A stretch of 64,000 bases of DNA, taken from positions 51,748,788-51,812,787 of the forward strand of contig CM120640.1 of assembly GCA_051362555.1 (NCBI GenBank), in the 5' to 3' direction. The notes under the pieces were generated by a model. It was given only the letters and a program-made list of their open reading frames with translations, ran no database searches and was not told where the DNA came from. The position numbers and the translations under genes were made by a program. How positions within the stretch are numbered: the first letter of the stretch is position 1; each line of letters starts with the position of its first letter. Origin of the DNA: Lingula anatina. Taxonomy: Eukaryota; Animalia; Brachiopoda. Of this stretch, positions 14,547 to 37,364 are shown one piece after another.

Positions 14547-16778
14547 TATCATAATAGTTATGATTTCAAAAGTAATGTAGTCTACGTAGATATAAGAGTT
14601 TAGGAACCAATTTCAATGTGCAAAACAAAAACTACAACTATAATGATGACTATTCACGTAAAAAAAATAATAACTGAAGCACACTTTATTGAGTGGGTTT
14701 ATACACAGATATGATATTCTGCACAACAGAAAAGCAACGACACTGCAGTAATATATGCATTAATTCTATTATATAGTGTATTTTCTATGCATATAATGTT
14801 AATGTCAGTTTATCATAAAATTGTAGTCATTAGCTGCCTGTTGCAGCTATTTACTCATCTGACACATTAATAGTGACACTTGTATCACTTGCTGATCAGA
14901 CAGCAGGAATGTCTATAATGATCATGTACAACATCTTTGGCAGCCCCAGGTACTTAGTACGGCTGATCCACACGACATATTGACTAGATGTAATCAGCAC
15001 TAAATATTTGCAGTTTGCAGTTTGTTAAAATTAAAAAAAAAAAATCTTGAGTTATACAGTATGTATATTCCTTTAAATGACTGGGTAGTTATTTTTTCCC
15101 CCTTATAATTCTTATTTATAATTCTTATTTATCTTCCCTGTTAAAATTCTTTCTTTATATGGCAAAATATCCTACCTGAAAATTTACTTATAACAATAAA
15201 GTGTATTTCATTCTTTATAATTCAAATGTCTCCGTAGATTCAAGTTCAAAGATGAATTAAAGAACTGTTCATAGGATTTTCATGGCTCTACTACAGTTTG
15301 AATGTCGGTAGGAATGAATAAGAAAATTCGCAAATTGCAGTTTTTCCTGATGATATCTTAAATCAACCCATAGGACCAGACCATATTACCATTACCGCAA
15401 CCAGTCTCTTGACTGCTAGTTATGCATCGACTTACCGTAACTTGGAGTGTGTTCTGATTGCAGTATGTCTCTGCTTGATTGTTGCAACAAATGTACGACC
15501 TGCACCACGTCTTTGGCTGTCTCATCTAACACAATTATTTAAAAAAACGCCATCTGATTATACATGTAGTAGGCCTACTATAAAGAGAAAAACAACAAAG
15601 TGTGGTGCTGCTCCCATGTCTGATACGCCTGTTGATCGTGTTAAGATGCCCAAAGACAGATTTATCTACTCTATACCGTTAGAAAATAATAACCGTTTAA
15701 ACGTTTTTTTAATCAGCATCATATTTGAATTTCGTTCAACCTGGCGAAGTTCATTGACATCCTTTTTTTTTGTCTATCTAAGGTTTAAATTTGCAGATGA
15801 CTTTTACACATCATTCATTGAACTGAGAAAAGTGTTTTAGGCAGTTTTGTTGATCACAGTGACTCTGATTTTTTTTTCTTTTTTTTTTTTTTTTTTGTAA
15901 TGGAAATTAGATGACATGATTTCCGTCAGTTGCGGTTTTTCCGTTCACAAGAAAGTTCCGTCGTCATCAAAATTTAGTATTGCATATGACATTAGAGATC
16001 AGAAAACATGAAATTCATAATTTATTCTGTTGCATAAGCGATAATCAGCTCTCTTCATGTCTCTTGATCATCACCTTCAAGTATAAGTGTGATCACATCC
16101 ATTTAATCTCTAATTCAACATTGACAAACAGCATGGAACGGACATGTAACATGAGGTGAACTTTTTATTTTCCATAAAATCTAAAAGAATAAATTAGTAT
16201 ATAATCAATAAAACAGCTCAACAACAAATAGGAATAAGTAGCCTACCGAATAACGGTCAACAAATTTTAACAAAGTGTATAAATTTACCCTGTAATAACA
16301 TATCACAATAATACAACGTTAAAAGTATGTACCACTCAAGCTTGAAAATCCCAATGTGGGGGATAAATTTGGATAATATACCTTTAACCCTTACTTAACC
16401 TAGTAAAAATACCTTCGTGTACAATTGGCATGTGCATGTATGAGAAAATATCAGTATAGGCTATTTGGAGTCAGTAAACAAAACCAAGATTCAAAACTAA
16501 AGAATATTATGACGATCCCAAAAGATGTCTCAAATTTAAAAAAAATAGATCTTACATCGTGACTGATAGTCTACACATTTCAGTCTTCAATAAACATCGC
16601 TTTGATTATTTCCTTATAGCATCTAACCTTCCCTCACAGCAAACATACATACATGTAAGGTAGTCCATATAATAAAACAAAAAGTAAATGTCTAAATAAT
16701 ATTTCGAAAACATCACAGTTTGCATCAGGCTAGCACCAACATTTGTGTGATCACGCTGGTGTCATCAAAGCAAAAACA

Positions 16779-18239
16779 TTAGTTCAATGACCCTGGGTTT
16801 CCCAAAGATCTGAACCTCTCTGCCATAACATGAGAAAATGAGTCCTTAACACTGTTAACTAGACTGTGAACATGATGAATTAACACCAGGTCTCTGGCGT
16901 ACCTTTCACTTTTATTCGGATAACTCTTCCAACCGGAAGGGGTTTCTGTTTGGTAAAATTTTACTAGACCATCTTCTGTTTCATTTATGAATTCGTTTAT
17001 TTCACAGACTATGTCGTACATGAGATTCTCGAGATTTTCTAACAGATGAGTATCCGTGATATCTGCAGTTTGTTTGTGTGTCAAATATTCGGCATGTTCG
17101 TGTTCCCGTATGATCTCCAAGTGCATCGTCTCTTTTCGGAGAGATTCCGACACATTTCTCAAAAAGGTTATGCAAGAACCCTGAAAATAGAATATAGTAT
17201 TACATTATCAAAAATGATTAGCCATGAAATTAATATGTACGACAATTAAATCCATTTTAAGCCTTAAAAATAAGGAAAAAAGAAATGTAACTATAATTAT
17301 CCTATAAAGTTTAAACAAGCAGTTTTGGCTGGCGTTGTTCTACACCAAAGTCAACACATCAGTCCTTTTTCAATTTTCATCATGTTATTTGGTTTCAACT
17401 TACATTGCAAATGCCCGATTCATTGACCACTGGTCGTCCGTTCTCGTAATAGATCAGACTCGGCAGCGACGTCGGTGATTTAACGGATTTCAGTACGAAG
17501 TTGAAAATTTCAACATTGTCGTGGTATCTATTATTCAACTGGAAACGCATAACATCACAAACGTAAATAAGTCATTCAAAACATTGAATTTAAAAGCCTA
17601 GTTCATACAATTGAAACTCTTTGAATGCGGGCATTATTTAAGCTATATGTAATTAACACCGTGATGACCCAAGCCTTGGATACAAAAAGAACCGCTTTGC
17701 CATGTTCAAATGCAGGTAACTGATAGCGATATTTACCAAAATGATAATTCTGTCGTCGGCAACTATAAAATAGATGAACACTATTTTCTATCCTACAGAT
17801 GCCTTTCTCAAAGGTACTGCATTTGTTGCTAATTGAAAGAGACCTTCCTCGATCAACGAGCCAATATTGTTAAACCAAAAGACCAGTTAAACCTTTTAAT
17901 AAAACAATTTTGTAAGGGAAAGAAAATTCCTTCAATTTTTTTGCCTTTAAATACATTTAAAACGATTGATTATAATCTGTGCAGTGCCCTTACCCATCTT
18001 TTCTTGATGCTGTGCGCCTGATTAGATATCTGGATAGTGTGGTCCAAAAATACATTAAGCGCTTCCTCTAGGTTAGCCAATGTTTCGTTCGATATTGTGA
18101 CAGCTTTCGGCACGTTATCTGCCTTTTTTCCACCTCGGGCACACGGCATGTTCCATCGAAGATCACTGGACGGCAACGGGGATGTTGTAGATAACTGTAT
18201 CACAGTCACAAATACACTCACCAGTATCAAGGTCAGCAT
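16779..18239 (-). CDS. Secreted four-helix cytokine-like protein, paralog A (Unpaired/IL-6-like candidate), 260 aa, 3 coding exons plus a non-coding exon 1
   Basis: Coding exons 18239-17994 (MLTLILVSVFVTVIQLSTTSPLPSSDLRWNMPCARG...AHSIKKRW), 17538-17404 (LNNRYHDNVEIFNFVLKSVKSPTSLPSLIYYENGRPVVNESGICN) and 17180-16779 (GSCITFLRNVSESLRKETMHLEIIREHE...LMYDIVCEINEF...ERYARDLVLIHHVHSLVNSVKDSF...SLN*). All introns are GT..AG and phase 0, and the frame is open throughout. Non-coding exon 1 ends at 18434 (GTAAG donor), with the acceptor before 18244. Hydrophobic signal peptide. The family call is inference. Confidence 0.8.
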
Positions 18240-18535
18240 CTTTCCTACACATAAAGAGAATCATAAAGTGTTATTCACCACGAAGCCAATTTCTTTTCAG
18301 ATCGAAATAACAATACGAGTGTCTAAATCTCGATTAAGGTTTATATATCTTTTTTCCGCACAACATACAAAAGAAAAGTTACATACCACAGTATAATAAA
18401 TGATTATCGTAAATATGGGCACTTTGATCTTACCGTTCAAAGGTTAAAATTACAAAAGAAATCCCCCTTATTAAGTTTAGAACAGCTTCTTTTCAGACTA
18501 TAACTTTTGAATTGTTAGAAGTTGTCTGATCTTTT

Positions 18536-18693
18536 TATTTATACAACATTCGGGGAAGTAAAATAAGAACATTTGTCATAAGAAATTCCGTCATAAATAC
18601 TATCGCTGATCATCTGAAGGGCATGTTAAATATAGCAACAGAGACTTATGACTCTTGAATCCGGTCTACAAGGAGGATACAAAGAGAATTTCC
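18536..18693 (-). promoter_or_regulatory. Promoter of paralog A: TATA box with adjacent STAT (GAS) site and kB-like site
   Basis: Minus-strand TATAAATA at 18543-18536, about 100 nt upstream of the exon-1 donor. TTCCCCGAA (TTC-N3-GAA) at 18557-18549, 5 bp from the TATA. GGAAATTCTC kB-like sequence at 18693-18684. Confidence 0.55.
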
Positions 18694-19950
18694 GGTTGTT
18701 ATATTTTATTAAAATTTCAAGAAATTGTTAGATCTCGACGTCACTTTTATGTGGCCTAAAAAGTAAGATTTAGAATTTAAGGAAAATGTGTCTTTTGCGT
18801 CCATAACAGAATAAAGTAGAAGATACTGCAAGTCTAGAATCTCAAACCACAACCTACAGGTTGGGAAAGGTCCTTCTTCATTGTAGATTTGAAAAACAGT
18901 ATGCACTGCGTGCCTATCTGAAGGCATTTCAGTAATGGAGGATGAGGGGCATATATAAATGTCGTTAAGGTCATTTAAAAAAACTGAGGGGACACTATAT
19001 TCCCGAGATTGGGGCAATGTCACTAGTGACTGCTATGTCATCACATAATGTTTATTTATAAATAGACAGGCGGCCTTCGTACATCATGCGATATATATAT
19101 AATAAATTATATTTTATATATAATAAATTAAGAAAGGATTTTTGTGTAGATAAGTGAATGTGTATAAGGTTTGTAATATAATGTAGTTGTCGTGTTGTAA
19201 TGGATGTACCCTTGGCCCGCGGGGCTGAATTACAGTTGAATAAACTACCTAAAACAAAATTAAAACATTTGGTCAACCCAAAGAATTCTTTCCTGGTCTG
19301 CCGGACTTCCCAATTCCGCTTGTGAAGACTCTGTGTGCTGGCATGGTGTCAATGTATGAGAATGCAACTAAACGCTCCCCCCTTTTTTTCATTACACGGA
19401 TTCTAAAAGTTCAAATAGCTTTTCAGTTCAATTCATTTGATTTCCCTATAGCCTTACTTGTTATGGTTGGCCACAAGCATTTGTCCTGACACACGGAAGT
19501 TGATATATTATGTTACATACTGCTGGAAATACAGTTTTCCTAATTTTATGTAAAACCAGGTGGGATCGTGCCTATAGCAGAAAGTGCATTCACAGCAGAT
19601 TTTGTATACAGTATAGGTCTTTATAATTAATAGCAAGGAAAGTCTGCTAAGCCAGAACAATTTATGTCGGGAAAGACATTTTTCAAAGTCATTTTTCAAA
19701 CATTTGACCTTGAGTCTTTTTCATTTTTTCACGTACCCTCAACTCTACTGAAAGGTGTGACGTTTTTGGGTAGCAAAATCAACAGAACAGGAGCCCAGCT
19801 CTTTTGTCTCATGTACTTACGATTGTGGTTTGATGTACAGTATAATTAAAATGCTTATGGAATACAGCCACAAGGAAATTGAGTTACGATATTCTCAAAA
19901 ACAGAATTTCGAAATAATTTTGACGGACAAACCAGACTTCCAGTCAGTCT

Positions 19951-20236
19951 CAGGGGCGGATCCAGGATTACTTGAAGAGGGGGGTCCGCGGATGCGAAAC
20001 CGACCCCCCCCCCCCCCCCGGCGTTGGGTTCGGGGCCCGCTAAAGGGCCCCGATAATATTGGCATGTTAGAGGGCGAATGATGCCTTTTGGTACGGTTTA
20101 GAACTATGATTCAACTAGTCAACATTCTAATTTCAAGAGGGGAATAAAAGTGTGATTTTTTTCAGAAATCGAAGGAGGGGGGGGGGGGGGGGTCAGGACC
20201 CCCCTGACTTCCCCCCTCCCCTCTAAACCGCCACTG
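19951..20236. mobile_element. GC-rich MITE (CAGGGGCGGATCCAGG family) with 5-bp TSD
   Basis: Termini CAGGGGCGG / CCGCCACTG; TSD AGTCT at 19946-19950 and 20237-20241; partial copies at ~54442-54490 (+) and ~60545-60615 (-). Confidence 0.8.
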
Positions 20237-22301
20237 AGTCTAAGGAATTATGTTTAATTTAAGATCGTATAACTCCGATAAGTCAGGACATGACAGCAAG
20301 TACTGTCTTGAGGTTACTGACATGAGCTTAGTTTACAGTAAACGTATGTAGAACGTTCCGTCAAAGGTGAGCCTTTCAGCTAAATATTATCTAAATATAA
20401 TCTTTTTGAAATAAAAGACGTTGTTTTTCTTTTAATCTGCTTGGGTTTGATGTCATAACGGAAAATGTGTCTCAACAATCCGCCGACAGGTAAAATTTTC
20501 GTATCTTCATGAAATCATGCGAAGGCACAGGTGTTGAATAGTGGGTGCAGCAGGGGATCAGGCCACCGGGAGGAAATTTCTTGTTTTTGTGAAGGCTTCA
20601 AGTGATATGGGGCATACCGGGGTATTGCTTCTGCAATATTAAGTAAAAAGTATCAGACCTGTCGCCGCAGGAGATTTTTATAACACCAAGCGGAAAGTCA
20701 CAAGCTTAGTAAACCGAGAGAAAAGACAGGGGGTCGTTTGACGCACGTTTCCAAGAAAAGTACGTACAGAAATTTCATAATAACCACCCTGAGCTTCAGA
20801 AAAGCTTGAAACAAACCTCTACACTATAGCATACCCATTCAACTTTCACGCAAAAAGGAGGTTTGTTTGAATTTATTATTTTTTTATTTGCATTAAACTT
20901 AGTTATATATTTAAGGTTAATACATAAACATTATCTAATAATATCTTTCTACACAGATGCAAGACGGACCCACATCACACCACTGCCAAAACATTTGCGG
21001 TCTGTTTAGCGTGACTCCTGTTACAAGTGGACTGGGCTTCGTTCCTAGTTTAGAGTAATAGTTACACAAATTTCAATTTGCCTCAGTTTGAAACATGCAA
21101 GTCAATCTTGGCATAAACAGATGTACGGGATGGAAAATAAATTTTTGTCGATTACAATAACATGAACGCATTCCAATGTGAATAAGACAATGAATCATAG
21201 ATACCGTACAATTTAATGTCTTGTCAATTCAATTTTCAAATGGATAAAAATGACGCAGCTATAAGGACATCGAAGCCATATGCTTCCTCGTTTTCCGACA
21301 GGACTCGCAATGTAGGAAACTTAAGACACGAAAAGTTTGAGACTCACGTTAATGTTAAATGAAGGATCAAGAAACACTTTTGTAGTATTATTACCGTTTT
21401 TTTTTCAAAAGCAACAAAAGTAGAGTTCATTTTATGATGCAACATCGAGACGCGAGTGAAAATAGCGTGAAAAAATCAGTCTTTATTCAATTCGAGTAAC
21501 TCTCAATAGTAAGACAAACGTAAATTACTGCAAATATACAAGTGTTTATTTACAAATAACATTTTTTGGTCATAATTTACATCTATGTACAATTCTTTTA
21601 CATTTTATGACATACATTTATTCTGGCAATAATGAGACAACAATTATTAGAGAAATTCAACTTTCCTCCCAAATGTGTTAAAGAAAGCCACACACACACA
21701 CACACACACACATCTACCTCATATTTTTAAAAACATTTACTACCTTTTCTTATTATGTGGTCAGTTATACCTTCTTGATATACACCCTTGTCTACAATCT
21801 GCACTTGGCAATACCAATATGTTATAATTCTGTTGGCAGATCAAAGGTGCATGCTGGCTGTGCTATTTTCAATAAAAAAAATCTGCCATAATAATCCTTA
21901 AGTATGGACTCAATTTTTCTTTTCTTTTTTTTTTAATTTTTCAATATGGAGTCTGTTAATAGGAATGTTTATCAACACTGGCAGATGTCGTCAAATTTAT
22001 GCATGTACAAACTAGTAGGTATCTAGTTTTAATGTGAATTACAGAGAAGAAAACCAGTTATGCCCTTGTGAGCAACACTAAAACCACTTGCAGGATAGTA
22101 GAGTTTAATTGTGGTATTCACTAAGCATCATCATGCCACAGACCTGTGTTATATGGTCAGAGCTTTACACTTCCAGAACAGCCCTCAGTCTGGCAATGTC
22201 AATCAGCACTGATGAACTGCACTTTCTTGGGATAACTTCTCATCAAGATGTTGTATGCCTTTCTATAATTTAGTAGATATCCATCTGTTATCATGCAAAT
22301 T

Positions 22302-25300
22302 TTAATAGTTTGGCATCCAATTGCTGCCATCCTCCGGTAAAAGCTGCCCAGTTACAAGTAAAATGATGTCCACTATCCACCATATCCCAACTCCTCCCAA
22401 TGTCATCAACTTGCCTACAGCTGTCCCTAACATGGAAATTTGTAAAAAAAGGTATTATATATATATATATATATATAAGCAGTTTCAAAGGCAACATTAT
22501 TCATGAGGTATTGTGTAACTTAGATGTAATATCTCAAACTCCATGGAATAAGGCTTCGTTCACATGCAATGTCTATTTTCTAAATTCTATTTTCTATTTG
22601 CGGTATGTCTTATGATCACAGTCTGTGCCCTGAATATCCCGCGGCATAATTGCTGGCAGCGCGAGCCAGTTACTATAAGTTACTATAAGTAACTGGCTCG
22701 TGCTGCCAGTAATTACGCGGCGGTATATTCAGGGCACAGACCTTGATCATAAGATAGCGCGAATAGAAAATAGAATTTAGAAAATAGACATTGCATGTGA
22801 ACGAAGCCTAAAACTTATCTTACCAGTGTGACCTAGACAAAACCTGTCTATGCCTAAAAAGCCCAGTAGAACAGAGTAGATGAGAGTGACAACAAAATAA
22901 TGCCCTGTGTACCTGAAACACAACATGTTTCATGAATATACAACAATGTCTCTAAGGGTTTTGTTTGAAACATTATGAAAACAAAAGGATGATTTTTGTT
23001 ATCTCTTGCTCTCTTTCTGAAATGTGTCTAACGATTTTAAAGTAAAGCTGTGATTACTACCAGAACCCTTCATTACAATAGCAAAAATGCACCCAGTAAA
23101 TACACCCAGTAAAACTTCAGAGCAAGTATCTACACATGGCTGTTTGTAAGACCCTTACTTGATACATGGTACTCCATCCTTGAAAAAAGTTCTGTTGCCA
23201 AAACATTCGATGTAATCTAACACGCGGCACACTACTTTGGTCTTCTCCACTTCATCATACTTCTGGCCGCCCCACTATATAAAATAGCAGGGAATTTGGC
23301 ATTAAAATCATCATCATCATTATCATCAAATTTTATACCTGCTGAATAATTTTGGGTTTGAAAACAAGACCTCTACAAATCAGTGTTAGATACAACCATG
23401 AGACAAGGCAGCAACTGTTAAGGGCAAGTACAAAATGTGATATATATATACCTATCCTACCCAAGTGGGGCAAAGCTGGCAAGTACAGCTGCAGATCATC
23501 TGGCCCAAATTTTCTGTGAAAATACTTAGTCAACAATTTCTAACAATGCTAAGCATTAGAAAAAATATATATACCATAATAAATATAATGGTATTTACCT
23601 TAACACAACCATATCCTAACTCATCCCTAGCTGTCAGGTTCCCATCATGATCAGTTGGCTCTTCACAACCAATAAACTCTTCTGGCCTTAAAAAACAACA
23701 ACATTCTATGATATTTTTCAACAACTGCAAGCCAGCATATTCGGTTGACTGTGCATGACAACATGGACACCCCCCTACAAATGGATTGCAGGTTACTTTG
23801 AACGACCCAATAAAAAAAGTGAAGTGGAATAAAAAAAATCATAGTATGGTGAATGACAACAAAATAAACAACAATATGATTATTTCGGTACAGACCATTA
23901 GGTATAAGATCTTACAAATTCTAGATGACATTCAAAATGGTGAGAAAAAAAGGTTGATACACTACTGCTGTGAGCTGTGTAACTGGCTGACTGCTAGTGA
24001 GAAGCTACAAACTTAATCAAAGTTCTTGGATTAAAATATTAATTGGGTCTTCATGCCTAGCTCCTCTAACTCTTTTGTGGTAAATTTCAAGTTTCTATGA
24101 CATCATTTAAGGGCTGAAAATCCAGTGGGGTAATTTTTTACTCATTTTTGAAAGTGCTGTCTCAAAAATGACAGATGTGGTGCTATTTAAACTTAAAGCA
24201 ATAATAACTCTTCCTTTGAGATTCAAAATTCCACAAGAAATACATTGTAAACAATGCATGGAAATATATTCTATTCCATTTTACCACTAAAACAGCCGTT
24301 ATTGTAGTAAAACTAAAATCTGTGCTTGTCAGATGCCTTTCAATGCCTTTCTTCCCGGTCGTCAAGGCATCTGTTGCCAATGACATTAGGGTGTCACGCA
24401 GATTCTCGCATTCATTCGAGACCAGAATAACATCTGGCGCCAAACCCCTGATGCAATACGCAGATGTAAGTTGCGAGTTTTTGTACAGTGCATCGGATAA
24501 TGAAAAGCCCAGAATTGCACACATTGTAGATATAAATGCATTTTGAGCAATAAGACGAATATATCTTATGAATCTTATATTATTGTTATATAGCGTTGTT
24601 GTCGTCTGCTTTTGCCGCGGTTTTAAGTAGGTCACCAGAAACTATGCAATGTCAGAGAGGGCTCCGTCAGTTAAAATCTCTCTTAATCTCTTAAGAGATT
24701 TTAACAAAAAACCAAACGTTTAGGAAAAAACCCTAGACTAACTTTGAATGCAGGAATGGGGTCGCTGACCATTGGTAAGTACGGGAAAATTGCCGTTTAC
24801 TCTAGGAAAATCCAGTTTTTGGCCAAAACGAAGAGCTATTATGACTTTAAATAACTTTTGATCGAAATGAGAAAACTAAAAGTATCAACTGTTTAATAAT
24901 ACTCAAATTTGTGGCTATCTGTGTGCCGAATTTCAAGTCTCTAGCTCAATTAGACAAATCGTGTGTAACCCCACTTAATCAGAAAAACAGCAAAATCCCT
25001 GGTAAATCTAAAAGATAGAACAACAAGCAATGTCTTTCGTCCCTCTTCCCCATTTGAACTCTAAATATATTATTGATAAAATACATGTGTGACGGCTCGA
25101 TGTGTACCACTTACTAGAACTAATATAACATTTATTATTTTATGGGGTAAACTTACAGGTACTCACAGAGGACCAAAGGCCCTTCAGGGTTATAATGATA
25201 CCCCTCTTCTTCACTGTATCTTTCTTGACCAATTGGTACGTATATATTATCTGTTTGCAGATTGAGAATGAGAACAAATTGAAGTAAAATAAAAAACAAG

Positions 25301-25332
25301 CTGACGACGGCTGCTCTCAAGGAAGCAGCCAT
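22302..25332 (-). CDS. TM2D2: TM2 domain-containing protein 2, ~197 aa, 5 exons
   Basis: Exons 25332-25157, 23686-23599, 23274-23159, 22912-22824, 22426-22302 (594 nt, GT-AG, frame-consistent). Translation ...[54 protein letters not shown]...[73 protein letters not shown] matches TM2D2, including the DRF motif. The start could instead be the in-frame ATG at 25338 or 25368. Confidence 0.95.
22552..22808. mobile_element. PIF/Harbinger (Tourist-like) MITE, near-perfect palindrome, in TM2D2 intron 4
   Basis: GGCTTCGTTCACATGCAATGTCTATTTTCTAAATTCTATTTTCTATT... mirrored at the right end; TAA TSD at 22549-22551 and 22809-22811. Confidence 0.85.
24197..24846. mobile_element. TTAA-flanked non-autonomous DNA transposon (Kolobok-like) in TM2D2 intron 1
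   Basis: TTAA at 24193-24196 and 24847-24850; TIRs AGCAATAATAACTCTTC / GAAGAGCTATTATGACT; related copies at 26483-26926 and ~41930-42262. Confidence 0.75.
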
Positions 25333-25338
25333 TCTCAT

Positions 25339-25564
25339 ACGCACGCCATAAAGTAGTACTTCATACATTAACCTAACTTTAGTTCGGTACACTTTTAAAG
25401 CATTGTTCTCAAAATAATTAATTATATGTGATTTCAAGTAATTAAATTCTTTGCCATCTTAAATATATTGGATAAAGTTATTTCGACTAACAAAACGATA
25501 AAATCAATGGTTCTAAAAATACGCTTGCATTATACACTTTGCAAGACAAGACAAACTCCAGGTC
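25339..25564. promoter_or_regulatory. Bidirectional promoter shared by TM2D2 and STX18
   Basis: Divergent start codons only ~230 bp apart (25332/25338 minus; 25565 plus), so both 5'UTRs and the promoter must fit here. Confidence 0.7.
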
Positions 25565-36208
<10,644 letters not shown>

Positions 36209-37364
36209 GAGGGATGGCAAATTAAGCAAAGAATGAAGACATTGAATTCCAGTGTGCCAACACATAACATGAAGATCATTATCTTAACAGTTCCGACTGC
36301 CTTCTACAGATCCACGAGGGTTTTATGTCATGATGTGAATATCAGATGACAGCTGACATTCGTGACAAAAAGGTCGAGTCAAGTTAAGTTCAAAATTATG
36401 TTTAATATACGCAATGATAGCTCATGTGGGTGACCCTTTCTGAGAAATTGCTGTCAACGGAGCCAAGGATGCCGTTACTGTAAAGTTTTATGGATGCTTA
36501 TATAGCAACTTCACAATAGATGCTCACATAGTAACTTCACAATAAAGCTATTTTATATATTATTGTATATTGAGCAACTGTTACTTTCATGAAATATTTT
36601 GCTTCTTTGTCATTATTTCAATATAATGAATTTTATTGTGCTCTTATTAGTTTAAAAATAATTTCACATGCTTATAAATGACATTTGTATCTCTTATGAT
36701 AAAAATAAACACTTAAAGTATATTGCAGTACAGTTTATTATCCAGTTTCCAGGTGTTAATTCACAAGAAAAGTAAAGATAATTGTATCCCATTTTTTCCA
36801 CCCCAAATAAATGAAAATGATTTACTCATTCATTCTATTAAGTTTGCCTTATTGCATGTAAAATTATAACAAAATAATTTGAATGTGCATCTCTGACAGC
36901 TGGAATATAAATATAAATCTCGCTTGGTACATATAAATATCAACCAGCAATGGCAAAGACAGCTTTTTTTTCTTCTGAGCAATTTGCAAAGCATCTTAAA
37001 TTGACTATTCAGGTAACATGTATATAAGATATATACTTAATACCACTCCTGAGGTCTATTTCTAGTTCACATAAACATACTCCCAAAAACAGATGGTGGA
37101 CCACGCTCTATTACAGACTGATTGCCTGACAAATTGAATATCATATTTTCAATTATGACATTTGTCTAATGACAGAAAAACCTTACAAAGTTTTATTGTG
37201 CTCTCCCCCACCACTTCCTCCCAGAGACTAATATCACAGTGGACAGCCAAATCAAATGGAGCTACCCCAACAACACAAATGACCACAATTTATATTCTTT
37301 GGGCAGTGTCCATCACAGAGTAGCACTGGGAACATAAATTCTGATGCTGGTTTCTTCATTTCCT

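Larger units (their letters stand above)
1..15960 (-). other. Probable 5' region (first exon and long introns) of an unidentified minus-strand gene continuing left of the window
   Basis: CpG-rich promoter-like patch at ~15.3-16.0 kb with a strong minus-strand donor (ACG|GTAAGT, exon end 15436), followed by 15 kb of CpG-poor DNA. Other minus-strand donor-flanked candidates occur (e.g. 5174-5057 MTLVWDLVTQVMDALCDLVLWKKPNKVLQHRYLVILPAP, phase 1), but no product is recognisable. Confidence 0.3.

Noticed and set aside
15409-15840. 143-aa plus-strand ORF
   Set aside because: TTG start, no recognisable domain; lies antisense to a probable first exon/promoter.
18037-18396. 119-aa plus-strand ORF
   Set aside because: Antisense shadow of paralog A exon 2.
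20749-20757. Isolated distal STAT-like sites (TTCCAAGAA here; TTCTTGGAA at 51519-51527)
   Set aside because: Expected by chance every few kb at this base composition; no supporting context.
24183-24635. 150-aa minus-strand ORF
   Set aside because: Lies within a non-autonomous transposon, has a non-ATG start and no transposase motifs.
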